From: the human T2T-CHM13v2.0 reference genome, Homo sapiens
DNA: 64,000 nucleotides
Assembly: GCF_009914755.1 (NCBI RefSeq)
Contig: NC_060934.1
Reading direction: 5' to 3' (one strand)
The translations under genes and the position numbers were made by a program. The notes beneath the pieces were generated by a model, which saw nothing but the letters and a program-made list of their open reading frames with translations, did not search any database and was not told the origin of the DNA. This document shows positions 16,399 to 29,935 of the stretch, one piece after another; position 1 is the stretch's first letter, and each line of letters opens with the position of its first letter.

Positions 16399-17545
16399 TT
16401 TGCCCTTGAACCATTAAAGGTTACTAAGTTGAATTCAGGCTGAGAAAAACAAAATAGCAAAGAAAAACATTTATGTTTGAGATTTTAGTGATTTATATTC
16501 TGAGATGTTATGTAATGGAAATACTTTTGAGATAAAGCAAAAAATACTTAACATTCTTTTAGTTGTTGCAACTTATTTAAGAGTGTGTGTAATTCTTACC
16601 CTTGAAACCTCAACCTAGACATTTAGTGAATTCTGTTTTTGAAATGGGAAAATCAAGAATAAAGTCAGATTTTAAAAATTGTATAAAACATGTAGTTGCT
16701 AAAATGTAATTTTAAGTCCTCCTTAGGGTTTCAGTTTTATGAACCCTATGTCCTCCTTAAGGTTTCAGGAAACCTCCTTAGGGTTTCATGTTGATAGCAT
16801 ATTATATGAATTATTATGGCAGTTTTTTCTATTTTATAAGTTGTTTTTCTCTGAGATAAAATTTCTCTAAGTGGGATTTTTAATATTCAAGCTTTCTTGA
16901 CTTTTTTTTTAAAAAAGACATAAACCAAACCAAGTATATTCTTACCTGTATCTAGTAAAGATTTGTGTACATACATTTAGGAGTGATTTATACATATGTC
17001 TTGAAGTGATAATTTGTTTTAGGTGATTATATGTTTTATACATGTTTGTGTTATACTTCACCAGTAGTGATATTGTCAAGCAAAAAAAAATATGCAGCAT
17101 CATAAAATTAACTTTGTTTTCTTTTTAAAAAATTTATTCTTAAGAAACCTTACCTGGACATAATACTAACTTAAAATATCTTCTTTTAATATGTCTTATA
17201 ATCCAGTGTCTTAGAAATGACCAAACTCATTTTAGTTATATCTAGGAAATCAAAGGTAAAGATGGAGAGATTGGCAAGGAGAGGAGGTTCATGAATTGAG
17301 AGTAGAATGTGTAAGAAGCATGAAATAGATCACATCGAGTCTGGATACAACCTCAGAATCCTTCTCAATGCAGTGTTCCAAATAGCTATTAATTACTGAT
17401 TGGAGATTTGGCCCAGATACTGGTTTTATGACTAAAAGTTGTCATTTATTGACATATTCTCTTTCTTCTAAGCAAGAGTAAAAATTTAGATGCATACACC
17501 CTTGTCTTTGTTCATCTGCTTAGAGGCTTACATCATTAGTGATCA

Positions 17546-18103
17546 TGTCGTGGGGCAAAATTGGGATTCAGCCCCGGAGGCCACATGGTTCTTGGCTTCA
17601 CGGAGGCAAGAATTCAAGAGTGAGCCAAAAGACTAGAGCGAAAGCAAGTTTATTAAAAAGTAAAGGAATAAAAGGGAGGCTGCCACATAGGCAGAGTAGC
17701 CTTGAGGGCTGCTGGTTGGCTATTTTTTATGGTTATTAATAAATAATAGCATAAATTAATCGTATGCTAAACAAGGAGTGGATTATTCATGAGTTTTCTG
17801 GGAAAGGGTAGGGAATTGTCAGGACCAAGAGTTCCTTCCCTTTTTAGACCTTATAGGGTAACTTCCAGGAGTTGCCGTGGCATCTGTAAACTGTCACGGC
17901 ACAGATGGGAGTGTCTTTTAGCATGCTAGTGTATTCTAGTTAGCACATAATGAGCAGTGAGGATCATTGAGGATGAGCAGAGGTCACTGTCTTTGCCCTC
18001 TTGATTCTGGCTGGTTGTGGCTGGCTTCTTTACCACATCCTGTTTTATCAGCAGGGTCCTTGTGACCTGTGTCTTGAGAAACACGTTCTGCCGAATTATC
18101 TCA
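17546..18103 (-). mobile_element. MER41-family (ERV1) solo LTR
   Basis: TG...CA ends; 4-bp TSD ATCA (17542-17545 and 18104-18107). MER41 motifs in reverse: gagggctgctggttg, ggattattcatg, gggtaacttcc, cctgttttatcagc. Confidence 0.85.
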
Positions 18104-18239
18104 ATCAGCTTTTTATAGAACTGTGCTTTTCACTGAATATTTTTTTCTTATTGCACGTTCATTTCAGATGAAAAACCTGAGAAATGTGGTCTTCGCCTTT
18201 GCGTTGGAAAAGAATTGATGCCTTATTTAAGAAACAATC

Positions 18240-18554
<315 letters not shown>

Positions 18555-18709
18555 TTAAAAAAAATTTTGTGGGATTTTACATGTGCTTTTGCCAAATTGC
18601 ATGTTGCTGAAGAGTGTTACTAAGCACTGACAACAGAGTCTTCCTCAGTCATTATGTTGAAATACTATGTTTCTTCCCACAAATAAGAACTGATTTGATT
18701 TTAAATTAT

Positions 18710-18980
18710 TATTATTTTTTTTCCAAGACAGATTCTTGCTCTGTCACCCGGGCTAGAGTGCAGTGACGTGATCTTGGCTCACTGTGACCACTGCCCCCTG
18801 GGTCAAGTGATTCTTCTGCCTTGGGCTTCTGAGTAGCTTGGACTACAGTCATGTGCCACCACACCCAGCTAGTTTTTTTGTATATTTGATAGAGATGGGA
18901 TTTTACTAGGTTGGCCCACCTGTTCTCAAACTCTTGGCCTCAAGAGATCTGCCCATGGCCTCCCTAAGTGCTGGGATTAC
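18710..18980 (-). mobile_element. Alu (J/S), slightly 5'-truncated
   Basis: Alu dimer; TSD ttgattttaaat. Confidence 0.9.
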
Positions 18981-19418
18981 TTGATTTTAAATGATTTTAA
19001 TCAGCAATGGTTTGAAAGTAAATTTAAGTGACTAAGAAGTGACTAAGTTCCTAAATTATTTACTCTACTCCTCATAAACAAGTATTTTCTTATAAAAGGC
19101 ATTAAGGTTTTTCCAAGTAAAATTTTTTGGTATAAATTGTTTCCATACAATTTAATTTATGGTATACCTGTGGTTTTGCTTTTGCATTTGGATCTTTAGC
19201 ACTTTTGGATATCTGATGAATTTTAACATATGCTATTCAATGAAATGAGTTTGTTACTTGATACCGTGTTTACCTTTAGAATAAAGTGTTAGGTACTAAT
19301 ATTTTAGGAGAACTGACTTGAACTCATCTCCTGGATTCTAAACTCAGCACACCACTAATTTGTGTGCTGGGTCACTTCACTGCTAGAACTGCTGTGGCTT
19401 TTGCTGCCACTGTGGCTG

Positions 19419-19493
19419 TTTGCTATCACAGATTGATTGATGGCTCTGTGGCAAACACTACCATAGAGCCATCGATCAATATGTGATAGCAAA
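19419..19493. repeat. 33-bp-stem / 9-nt-loop inverted repeat (pre-miRNA-like hairpin)
   Basis: tttgctatcacagattgattgatggctctgtgg-caaacacta-ccatagagccatcgatcaatatgtgatagcaaa. Confidence 0.95.
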
Positions 19494-21029
19494 TATGTGA
19501 GTATTTTTCTGTAGCTCAAATCCAACAGCTTTGCAAGGGAAGTAGCTTATCTTCATTTGGCAGGAATGAAGCCTGAGAGAGATTGAGTCATTTGCCCTAA
19601 AATTTGCTCATAACCAAGTTATGCCCTGTAGTTTTCAAGCTTCTTAGTTTTTCCCTCTCTAAAAGGGTATGACAGAACCTGTATCATAGAGTAAGCAATT
19701 ACTTTGCTAAGGCTACACAGAGCAGCATTTCTGTTTTAAGACTTAGTAGGAGTGTATTCATGACCCAGCTCAAACACCACCTCCTCAGCAAAGCGCATTC
19801 AATTCTTCCTTAGTCACAAGGATTTGTTCTCTGGGTTTCTCTAACAGACACATGCGAATCTGAAAGAGCCAGAAATGTTTCATTTGTGTTTTTGTTCTTT
19901 TATCCCACTATTCTTCTCCCCTCCCCTCCCCCTCCAAGAAGAAACTAGCATGGTGCCTGGCACTTGGCATGAAATGACAGAGCCTGTCACATCTAACAAA
20001 TTAACCAAATGGGTCTTTTGAAAAGTCTCTTCTTTATTACGTTTTGGAAAACTGAGTGCAGCTTATTTGCCCAGGGGCTTTTGTATGAATATGAGCATCA
20101 TCAGCTAGCGGCTTTTTCTTGAGTAGCAAGCTATGTTAAGTCACAAAGGGTAAAAGTAAAAAAATAATTATTATGAATGAAATTGTGCTCTTTTTTAATA
20201 CTTTCCATTATCACAAACTTAAAATATTTATACTTGGTTATTGTAAAAATATATAAATTATAAAAATAAAATTATAAGTGTATTATTCCCTATAGGCACA
20301 TTTCAATTTCTAAGCAAAATCTTGTTTTTGCTTTTAATGGCTCTACTTTTTTTAAACTATTACCCTTGTCTTATTATTGTTTTACTAGTGCATTTAACTA
20401 GACCTTTAAGATATTGGGGGTTTTTGGTGTGTTTCAAATTTGTATAATAGACATTGCTCTATGTAAGAAGATAATCAATACTTACGGACTTTATAAAAAG
20501 TTAGCACTTTTCCTTCCTATTGAAAATTGTCTGGAATTCTAAAATACAATTTTAAAACAAATTGGATTCATCAAATGGTAGAAGACAGTAATTTATTTTT
20601 GATGGGATGGTTTACTGTGAGAATCTAATATATAAACTTCCTTGATTTCCCATAAAACTTCCAGTAAGCATTTTTAAGTATAATTTTCCTCAAATTTCTT
20701 CTGAAGAATTCACTGATTTTAACATATCACTGACAGTAAGGCAGTAAAAAAAGGGGGGAAGGTGTTTACTGCCTTTTGTATAAACCCAAGGAACCTTGAA
20801 ATTTACAACTTAAATTTGAGTCACAGTCTAGATTTCATTTCTTCTGTAGCTTGAATGCAATTAATAGAACTTTGAACTCATAATTTGTGCATAGCTCTTT
20901 TGGTCTCTTTCCTTCCCCCAATTTATAGTTTTCATGTGTGTGTTTTTATTTGTCTTGTATCTTTTCTCCTATTTGCTATTTATTTGATTAACTTTTGAAT
21001 CTAAGTATGTAAGACTGTCCATACCACTG

Positions 21030-21200
21030 TCTGTCCTGTGCTCTCCAACACAGTAGCCACCAGCAACATGTGATTGTTTGGTGCTTAAAAAGCAGCTGGT
21101 CTGAGCGAAGCTGTCCATACTGTAAATTATGCACTGGATCTCAGACACTTGGTAGAAAAAAGAATGTAAAGTTTACTAATGGCGTATAAATTACTTGCTG
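21030..21200. mobile_element. MER3/MER33-like hAT-Charlie fragment
   Basis: ctgtgctctccaacacagtagccaccagcaacatgtg start motif. Confidence 0.55.
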
Positions 21201-23674
21201 AAATGACAATAGTTTGGATATATCGTCATATCTTGTCCCCAGTTTATTAGAGTTCTTCTGTGGGGGAAAGAGGAGAGAGTTACTGACAGTAAATTCTTCT
21301 GGTTAGACAGTGGAGGTGTTGCTGCTGTTGCTGCTATCCTCCCTGACCTGTTTTGTGTGCTAATAGATTCCATGGAGAGCAATAACTGAAAGTTGAATTT
21401 AGGATTGCTTCTGGCTTTGAGGTTTCTGCCTAATGGCTAAAGGATTTAAAATGTAAACCAGTATATTTATATTACTTGTTTTTCTTTTAACTTGTATCCT
21501 TATTAAATTTCATTATTTAGATGGTGACAGTAGTGTTAGTTTAGACTTGAATATACTCAGATGTATAAAGGGGCCAGGCAAGTAACAAAGGAATGAATTC
21601 ATCCTATGTTAGACAATGTGGAATGATACATGTGCTGTGTAACAAGTATATGCCCTCTCTACAGGGTGGGTAACCTTATTCCTGTTTAGCTGATTATGGT
21701 CTTACGGGTATATATGGACTTGTGTTGCCAGATCTTTCAGATTTCTAAGAAGAGCAAAAATCTGGATTTTTAAGAATCTTAAACCTCTCAATTTTTAAAT
21801 ACTGATAAGTAATGTAAAATTTAAAAATACTTATGCTGGTCAAACTAAATATGGCTGTGTTCTGAATGCTACCGCTTGGTAACTTCAGACCTAAGAGATT
21901 GCTTCTTGGAAATAAATACAGGTTTTAGGTATTTTAGATGACCTAATTAAAGTATACCAGTTATGAAGAGAGGCTTGGTAAGCGCCTGTTGATGAATGGC
22001 TTTTAAGTTTTACACCTTTTAGAGAATATTAATCTGAAAGTAGTGAATAATTGTCTTTTAGTTTGTTTTGAAATACTGTTAACAGTTTCAGTGTACTTTT
22101 TGAGTATATATTTCTAGCGTACTCTTATATATGGAAGTTATTCTGCTCCTTATTTTTTCTTACACGCTTTTCTGTAGTTATTTTGATATGAATTGTTTTC
22201 CTGAACATTTAGAAAAAGGTTTGTGTCAGATTGCTTGTCTCATCTCACAGAGCCCCCCCGTTCTGGTGTGTGTACTGTTCAGAAGTATGATGGGTTGTTT
22301 TCTGAGATTTCCTGGCTCTGTTCCCCTCCCCCCACTTTCATCTAGACTTACTTTTTCCTTTATCTCTTCTGTCCCTCTCCTGCTTGGCTGAAATTCCACT
22401 CCCAGCAGTTTCTCTAGTGTGAGCCCTGTGTTTGGAGAGTTCACAGGAGCTCCAGGATTCTCTAGCCCCGGGCCTCACTGTAGGCCTGCCTTGCACTCAC
22501 CAAGTCCTGGAGAGGACTAAATACTTCCCAATTTCAGCTGCTATATCCAGTTCACACACAGCGCTTCCAGTGAATACCTGTGGGCTGTTTGGGATTCTCT
22601 TGTTCTCAGATTGCTCAGATGCTCTGTGGCTTCTCTCTGCTTTCTTCAACAGATACTGATAATATCTAGTGCTTGAGGTTGGATGCTACTTGGAGTGGTT
22701 CATAGAGAATACTTTTCCACCTAGTTATGTTGTAAATGTTTCCCATGGGTTTTTGGATTTGCTATCTGCTTGCTGTGTTTGTGTGTGTTGGGGGCAGAGG
22801 GAATCAGGAAGGTCTAGAACTGCTGCTTCTATCCTCCCAGAAAATCCAGATGCACTAAATTGATAACCTGATGAGTGGTGGCAAAAAGTCAGACAGTCAT
22901 GTTTGAATAGGTTTACAAATTATATTTAAGAAAAATATTATTTTTTCTATAAAGGTAGGGAAAAGGCTAAGCAGTCATTCACTGCTTCTTAATAAAAATT
23001 CTTTACCAGAAAAAAAAAATCATAGAAAACTTCAAGAAAAAGAATTGATTCAGCTCAGTGTTGAAAGTGGTTTGTATTCCTGGCACTTTATACTCCCACT
23101 CCCAACCAGAGACACATTGTTTCAGCCACAATAGGTTACATCACTAACCTTTTTTGGGTTTTGTAAACCATTAAGGATTACATGAATTACCATGTAATCC
23201 TGTTCAGACTTGGTAAGACATTTACTGAATATTGCTTGTTCTTATTCCCTAGATATAAATAAAATAATAACACTTTATTCAAAAGAGCTCCATGGAGTAA
23301 TATTTACTAAGGGCCAGGTTGCTCAGTTTTATGCACAGAAAGGCAATACAGTGTTGAAATACACATCTGTTTCAAGTTCCCATATCTATAAGACACTTCT
23401 CTCTCTTTAAACTTAAAGGAAAATATGTATGCACACTTATATGGATTTACAACAGTACAGTGATCTGAATTTCGGAACTTAACTTTCAGTATAAAAAGTT
23501 TAGTTCTCTGCCACACGGAATTTCAGCCGTATGCTTGTGTAATGTATATAAAGATTTAAAAAAATAGATGGGATTATTTAAACTAAAAAAAGATGTGGAA
23601 GTTACTCCTAAGTGTAAATACTATGTTCTATGACATTAATATATATACCTTATTTTCTCTTAATTTCTATTTGA

Positions 23675-24073
<399 letters not shown>

Positions 24074-24654
24074 GTAACTGAAGAACATTTTTAATTCTTT
24101 AGGAATCTGCAATGAGTGATTACATGCTTGTAATAGGTAGGCAATTCCTTGATTACAGGAAGCTTTTATATTACTTGAGTATTTCTGTCTTTTCACAGAA
24201 AAACATTGGGTTTCTCTCTGGGTTTGGACATGAAATGTAAGAAAAGATTTTTCACTGGAGCAGCTCTCTTAAGGAGAAACAAATCTATTTAGAGAAACAG
24301 CTGGCCCTGCAAATGTTTACAGAAATGAAATTCTTCCTACTTATATAAGAAATCTCACACTGAGATAGAATTGTGATTTCATAATAACACTTGAAAAGTG
24401 CTGGAGTAACAAAATATCTCAGTTGGACCATCCTTAACTTGATTGAACTGTCTAGGAACTTTACAGATTGTTCTGCAGTTCTCTCTTCTTTTCCTCAGGT
24501 AGGACAGCTCTAGCATTTTCTTAATCAGGAATATTGTGGTAAGCTGGGAGTATCACTCTGGAAGAAAGTAACATCTCCAGATGAGAATTTGAAACAAGAA
24601 ACAGAGTGTTGTAAAAGGACACCTTCACTGAAGCAAGTCGGAAAGTACAATGAA

Positions 24655-24660
24655 AATAAA
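24655..24660 (+). promoter_or_regulatory. Candidate proximal polyadenylation signal AATAAA
   Basis: AATAAA followed by T-rich sequence (tatttttggtatttatttat). Confidence 0.45.
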
Positions 24661-24958
24661 TATTTTTGGTATTTATTTATGAAATATTTGAACATTTTTT
24701 CAATAATTCCTTTTTACTTCTAGGAAGTCTCAAAAGACCATCTTAAATTATTATATGTTTGGACAATTAGCAACAAGTCAGATAGTTAGAATCGAAGTTT
24801 TTCAAATCCATTGCTTAGCTAACTTTTTCATTCTGTCACTTGGCTTCGATTTTTATATTTTCCTATTATATGAAATGTATCTTTTGGTTGTTTGATTTTT
24901 CTTTCTTTCTTTGTAAATAGTTCTGAGTTCTGTCAAATGCCGTGAAAGTATTTGCTAT

Positions 24959-24964
24959 AATAAA
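24959..24964 (+). promoter_or_regulatory. Probable main polyadenylation signal AATAAA
   Basis: AATAAA with upstream TGTA/T-rich elements and a downstream pyrimidine tract (ttttctcttcccc). Confidence 0.7.
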
Positions 24965-25078
24965 GAAAATTCTTGTGACTTTACTACCAGGACTTTTCTC
25001 TTCCCCATGTCAAAATACAATCAATAATTGATGGTAAAAGTTTGGAAATTCAAGCAGATTTGACTCACCTGGCAATTT

Positions 25079-25523
25079 TTTTTTATTTTTTATTTTTGTT
25101 ATACTTTTAAGTTCTAGGGTACATGTGCACAACATGCAGTTTTGTTACATATGTATACATGCACCATGTTGGTATGTTGCACCCATTAACTTGTCATTTA
25201 CATTAGGTATATCTCCTAATGCTATTCCTCCTCCCTCCCCCTACCCCACGACAGGCCCCAATGTGTGATGTTCCCCTTCCTGTGTCCAAGTGTTCTCATT
25301 GTTCAGTTCCCACCTATGAGTGAAAACATGCGGTGTTTGGTTTTTTGTTCTTGCGATAGTTTGCTGAGAATGATGGTTTCCAGCTTCATCCATGTCCCTA
25401 CAAAGGACATGAACTCATCGTTTTTTATGGCTGCATAGTATTCCATGGTGTATATGTGCCACATTTTCTTAATCCAGTCTATCATTGATGGACATTTGGG
25501 TTGGTTCCAAGTCTTTGCTATTG
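25079..25523 (-). mobile_element. 5'-truncated young L1PA 3' end
   Basis: L1PA 3'UTR plus ORF2 C-terminus (KTWNQPKCPS...YYAAIKNDEF). Perfect 14-bp TSD tcacctggcaattt at 25065-25078 and 25524-25537. Confidence 0.95.
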
Positions 25524-26544
25524 TCACCTGGCAATTTAAAGCAATTTTCTTTGAATAGAAATTTCCTCAAATAATGGATTTGTTAATGCATTTTATTTTA
25601 ATTCATATACACCTTAAAGGTAATATGTTTCAAAGGAAAATCTTAGATTTTTCTTAAAAATATGTGGTTACTCTTATTAAACGACATGCAGCAAAATCCC
25701 CTACTGGAGTCTCCTCTTACTAGTTTTACGGTACTTTGCTTTCGAGGAGACAGACCATAGGAAAACCAATACATGTTAAGGGTATCCATGTGCCTACGTA
25801 CAGATTATGTACAGATTGTCATATGTGACTTGGATTAGGATATTTTCAAGCCAAACTTCAGTTGATAAAATTGGAAAAATCAGTTTGAGACTTAAAAAAA
25901 AAGGCAATAAGATCTTTTTTTATCACCCATAGTCGAAATATTTTCTAGTTAATGCTTAGTCATTTGTTTTTTAGCCAATGAAGTTATCATATGCTAATTT
26001 AGAGAAAAGATAAAAAGATTTTTAATGCTTTCTCTATTAGTAAGAAAACCTCATGTTGCTTTTGGTTTGCAAAATATGACCCAGGGACACCTTTAAAATG
26101 ATATCATATTAACTGTTGGGTTATGTGACCTTGCCAATACCTTTTTGAATAGATCTTCTAAGGTTAAAAAAAAGTAGCACTAATGAGTAAGTAAAAGAAA
26201 CAAGCTGACAAACATTGGGAGCTGTAAATATAGTATGTGTGCTCTGAAAAAATGAAAAAGGACCATTTCAACATGGGATTTTCAGAAACTGAATTATTCC
26301 CGAATGGATATGATACATAAAATATTCTCCTCAGAACACAAATTCTAGAAAGAAGATATAAATGTTAGAAAGAAAGGATCCTGGGTTGAAGTGACCTTGG
26401 GAAACATGGGGTTATCCTATGGAATGTCTCTGGCTTTTAATGTTCTATTGTGCGTTATGAATAAAGGAGGCATTATAGTAGATTACATTTTTTTCTATCT
26501 TGCTTGACCTGAGTACATTCTCATTTATAGTCATCATACATTGT

Positions 26545-26753
26545 AACTCCACAGCAGGAAAAGAGATGTCGTATTCTTCCAATGAAATTTAGATTTATAG
26601 TTTGAGTTCCATACTGGAAAACTTGAGAGGAGGTTAACTTTAAAAACTTTAACTATTTTGTCATTACTGAAATAATGTATTTTAAGATGAAAGGATTCTT
26701 AATTTTATTCTTTAAACTAGCCTCAATTCAACATCTTCCATGTACTACATTCT
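26545..26753 (+). repeat. Dispersed direct repeat, copy 1 (~200 bp)
   Basis: Matches 28689-28887 (aactccaca..ggaaaagagatgtc..tttgagttccatactgga..ctagcctcaattcaacatcttccatgtactacattct). Confidence 0.93.
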
Positions 26754-26956
26754 GTGACTCACCACCCTCTAGCCTGAAAGGAACCCAATGGCATGTGTTA
26801 GTTTAATCCAAAATTTTTCAAAGTTTCTCATTTATAATCTATGACAATTTACAATCTATGACAATTGTAAATGAGAATATACTTTGAAAAATTTTGGATT
26901 AAACTAACACTGCCATTTGGGTTCCTTTCAGGCTATAGGGTGGTGAGTCATGGAAT
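26749..26956. repeat. Long imperfect palindrome (~85-bp arms)
   Basis: tgactcaccaccctctagcctgaaaggaacccaatggca..gtgttagtttaatccaaaatttttcaaagt is mirrored by actttgaaaaattttggattaaactaacactgccatttgggttcctttcaggctatagggtggtgagtca. Confidence 0.95.
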
Positions 26957-28688
26957 TAAATACCAGTGGAGGAAAAATTGTACTCAATTGTATATTGAAA
27001 TTATGAGATGCAGAGATCCCTGATCTTTAGATCAGAGATCTTCAAATGAATGATGTTTTATAAAATAGATGATTAGCTGGTAAATGCTGCTGGTGCATTT
27101 ATACACACTGCTGATTCTGCAAAGTTCTGGTGTTCTCATTTCTTTAAAAAAATGTAAATATGCAGACAAGAAAACAAAATGATGAGCACCCATATACATC
27201 CTGTTTTATCAAAATTAACATTATAACATTTGCTTTAGATTTCAATAAGCTGTTTTGAGGACGTTTATATACCTCCATGATTCTATTACCCCTATACCCT
27301 GCCTAGAGGTAACCATCAACATAAAATTCAGTATTCATCATTGCACTGCATACTTGATTCTGGAAACTTGCAGTATTGTGGGAGTTTTAAATTTTTCTAT
27401 ACAAAGACTTACATTCTCTGTATCATTCTTGCATTAGTAATTTATTTTAACTGCTCTGTTTGTTTTTCAAAACTTTTAAAAATCCTGACCATTTGTTGCA
27501 AATTAATACCTTCAATTTATCAATGCCTGTTGAGTACTTTTATATAAAAACACTATACATTTAGTCTATGGGCATATAAAGATGAATGAACTTAGGGTTT
27601 TGTTTTTTTTTTATTCAAGGAGTTTATCTTAAAAGATCTGAAAACATTTATTGTCTAACACTTAATATTTTGTATCCTTTGAATACTTTTCAAAATATCA
27701 AAGACTATGAAAGTTTCATAGGAATTAAATTTCATTGTTCAATAGGACTATATAGTCATCTTTGACCCTATAAAGATGTATTTTAAATATTTCATAGGAA
27801 AATACTGGGTGGAGGTTAAGCGTGGTCCATTTTTGCTAGTGTTACAGAAGTTGTGATATTATTGTGGTGTTATTTAGGAAATGTCTAAAATGAGAATCTC
27901 AAGATAAAAACTAAAGGTACTATCTAGGATAGGATATGTGAAGAGTTGAACATTGAAAAAAATCTTTGGCTAACAAGAATTCATTCGTAATAGGTGATCA
28001 AATTACTCAGTTTTGCCAAAATTTAACTTTTAATGATTTGACATTTTGATGGATTAATTTCTATGGACATTAGCCATTTTTTCTGTCTCATCTATAGCTA
28101 CGTGTGCATTGTACTGTATTTACTGTTTTCTATGGTCATGTCATCATTTTGAAGTTCCTGCTCTCCAACACACACTTACTTGATACTGCTTTTGTCAATG
28201 ATCTTGATCTTAATTTTAACACTGAAATCAAAACTCAATGTGTAAGGGAAAAAGTAGTTCATTTTTTCCAGGCATATTCCACTGTTATATCTTTATTTGA
28301 ATGCTTTCCTTTTGTAAACTGCAGAACTGCTAATGCAAGCCCTTAGAGATGTGAGAGTTACATATAACCTAACCAGAATATAAACTGTACAGTTTTAGAA
28401 CACGTTTTTGTCAGATGGTATTTCATGTGGTTCATTAATGATAGTGGGAATTTGGACTGTCTTTTGCCAAATGTAAGCTGAAAATATTTGCATTACTTGC
28501 ATATACAATTTGCTTATATCTAACTATTACCCTGAACTTAGATCACAGATCACCCAACTCTCTGTTAACTGTTCTTTTTCTCATATTCATTTGTTTCCTT
28601 CCATTCATGTGGCAGCCTCTTTCACTCTTCAGTCTATTTAGCTATGCTTTGTTCTGTGTATGTGTGAGAATAGTAGTATTTTTGACAG

Positions 28689-28887
28689 AACTCCACATCA
28701 GGAAAAGAGATGTCATATTCTTCCAGTTAAAGATATAGTTTGAGTTCCATACTGGACAACTTGGGAAGAGGTTAATTTTAAAAACTATAACTTTTTTGTC
28801 ATTACTGAAATTATTTTAAGATAGAAGGATTCTTAATTTTATTCTTTAAACTAGCCTCAATTCAACATCTTCCATGTACTACATTCT
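28689..28887 (+). repeat. Dispersed direct repeat, copy 2
   Basis: See 26545-26753. Confidence 0.93.
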
Positions 28888-28890
28888 CAG

Positions 28891-29182
28891 ATTTTATTTT
28901 ATTTTTATTTTTAGAGACAGAGTCTTCACTCTGTGGCCCAGCTTGGAGTGCAGTAGTTCCATCATAGCTCACTGCAGCCTCGAACTCAGCTCAAGTGTTC
29001 CTCCCACCTCAGCCTCCCAAGTATCTGGGACTACAGGCACACTCCACCATGCCTGGCTAATTTTTAAGTTTATTGTAGAGATGGGGTCTCTACATCTCTA
29101 TTGTAGAGATGGGCTCAAGTGGTCCTCCTACATCAGTCTCCCAAAGTGCTGGGATTACAAGCATGAGCCACTGCACCCGGCC
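28891..29182 (-). mobile_element. AluJ (rearranged left arm)
   Basis: Alu dimer; TSD-like cagatttta. Confidence 0.88.
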
Positions 29183-29593
29183 CTTTCCCAGATTTTAAAC
29201 CATTTAGACCCAAGCAATCCATGTTCACACTTTTGTTTGTTGTACTGGGAGAATAAATATTTGTTCGTTAAAATGACATCCTTCTGAATTGGGTAATACT
29301 ACTGGTAAAGTTGAATTCGGATATTTATTTTACATTATTTCTAAGATGGCCAATGTGGAAAATTAAGTTGGAATGAAAGTATAGATTTTTCTCTGCATTA
29401 ACAATTTGGGTGCTTTGGGAAACTTTTTCAACAAATATTCTGGAAAAAATACAGTTTTGATGTAAATTAGAGAAGTATATACTGGTGAAATATATCCTTG
29501 GATACATACAGATAAGAAAATTATTTAATTGATAAAAAGGTTGTTAATTGGAAACAGCTAATTTTGCTCCAGCCATAGTTGCTCTTCCTTTGA

Positions 29594-29935
<342 letters not shown>

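Larger units (their letters stand above)
24074..24985 (+). other. MINPP1: MINPP1 3'UTR (end approximate)
   Basis: Repeat-free AT-rich sequence from the stop codon to ~20 nt past the AATAAA at 24959. Confidence 0.75.

Noticed and set aside
16716-16788. CRISPR-like or telomeric (TTAGGG) array
   Set aside because: Only three short copies with irregular spacers in a eukaryotic intron; TTAGGG is not tandem.
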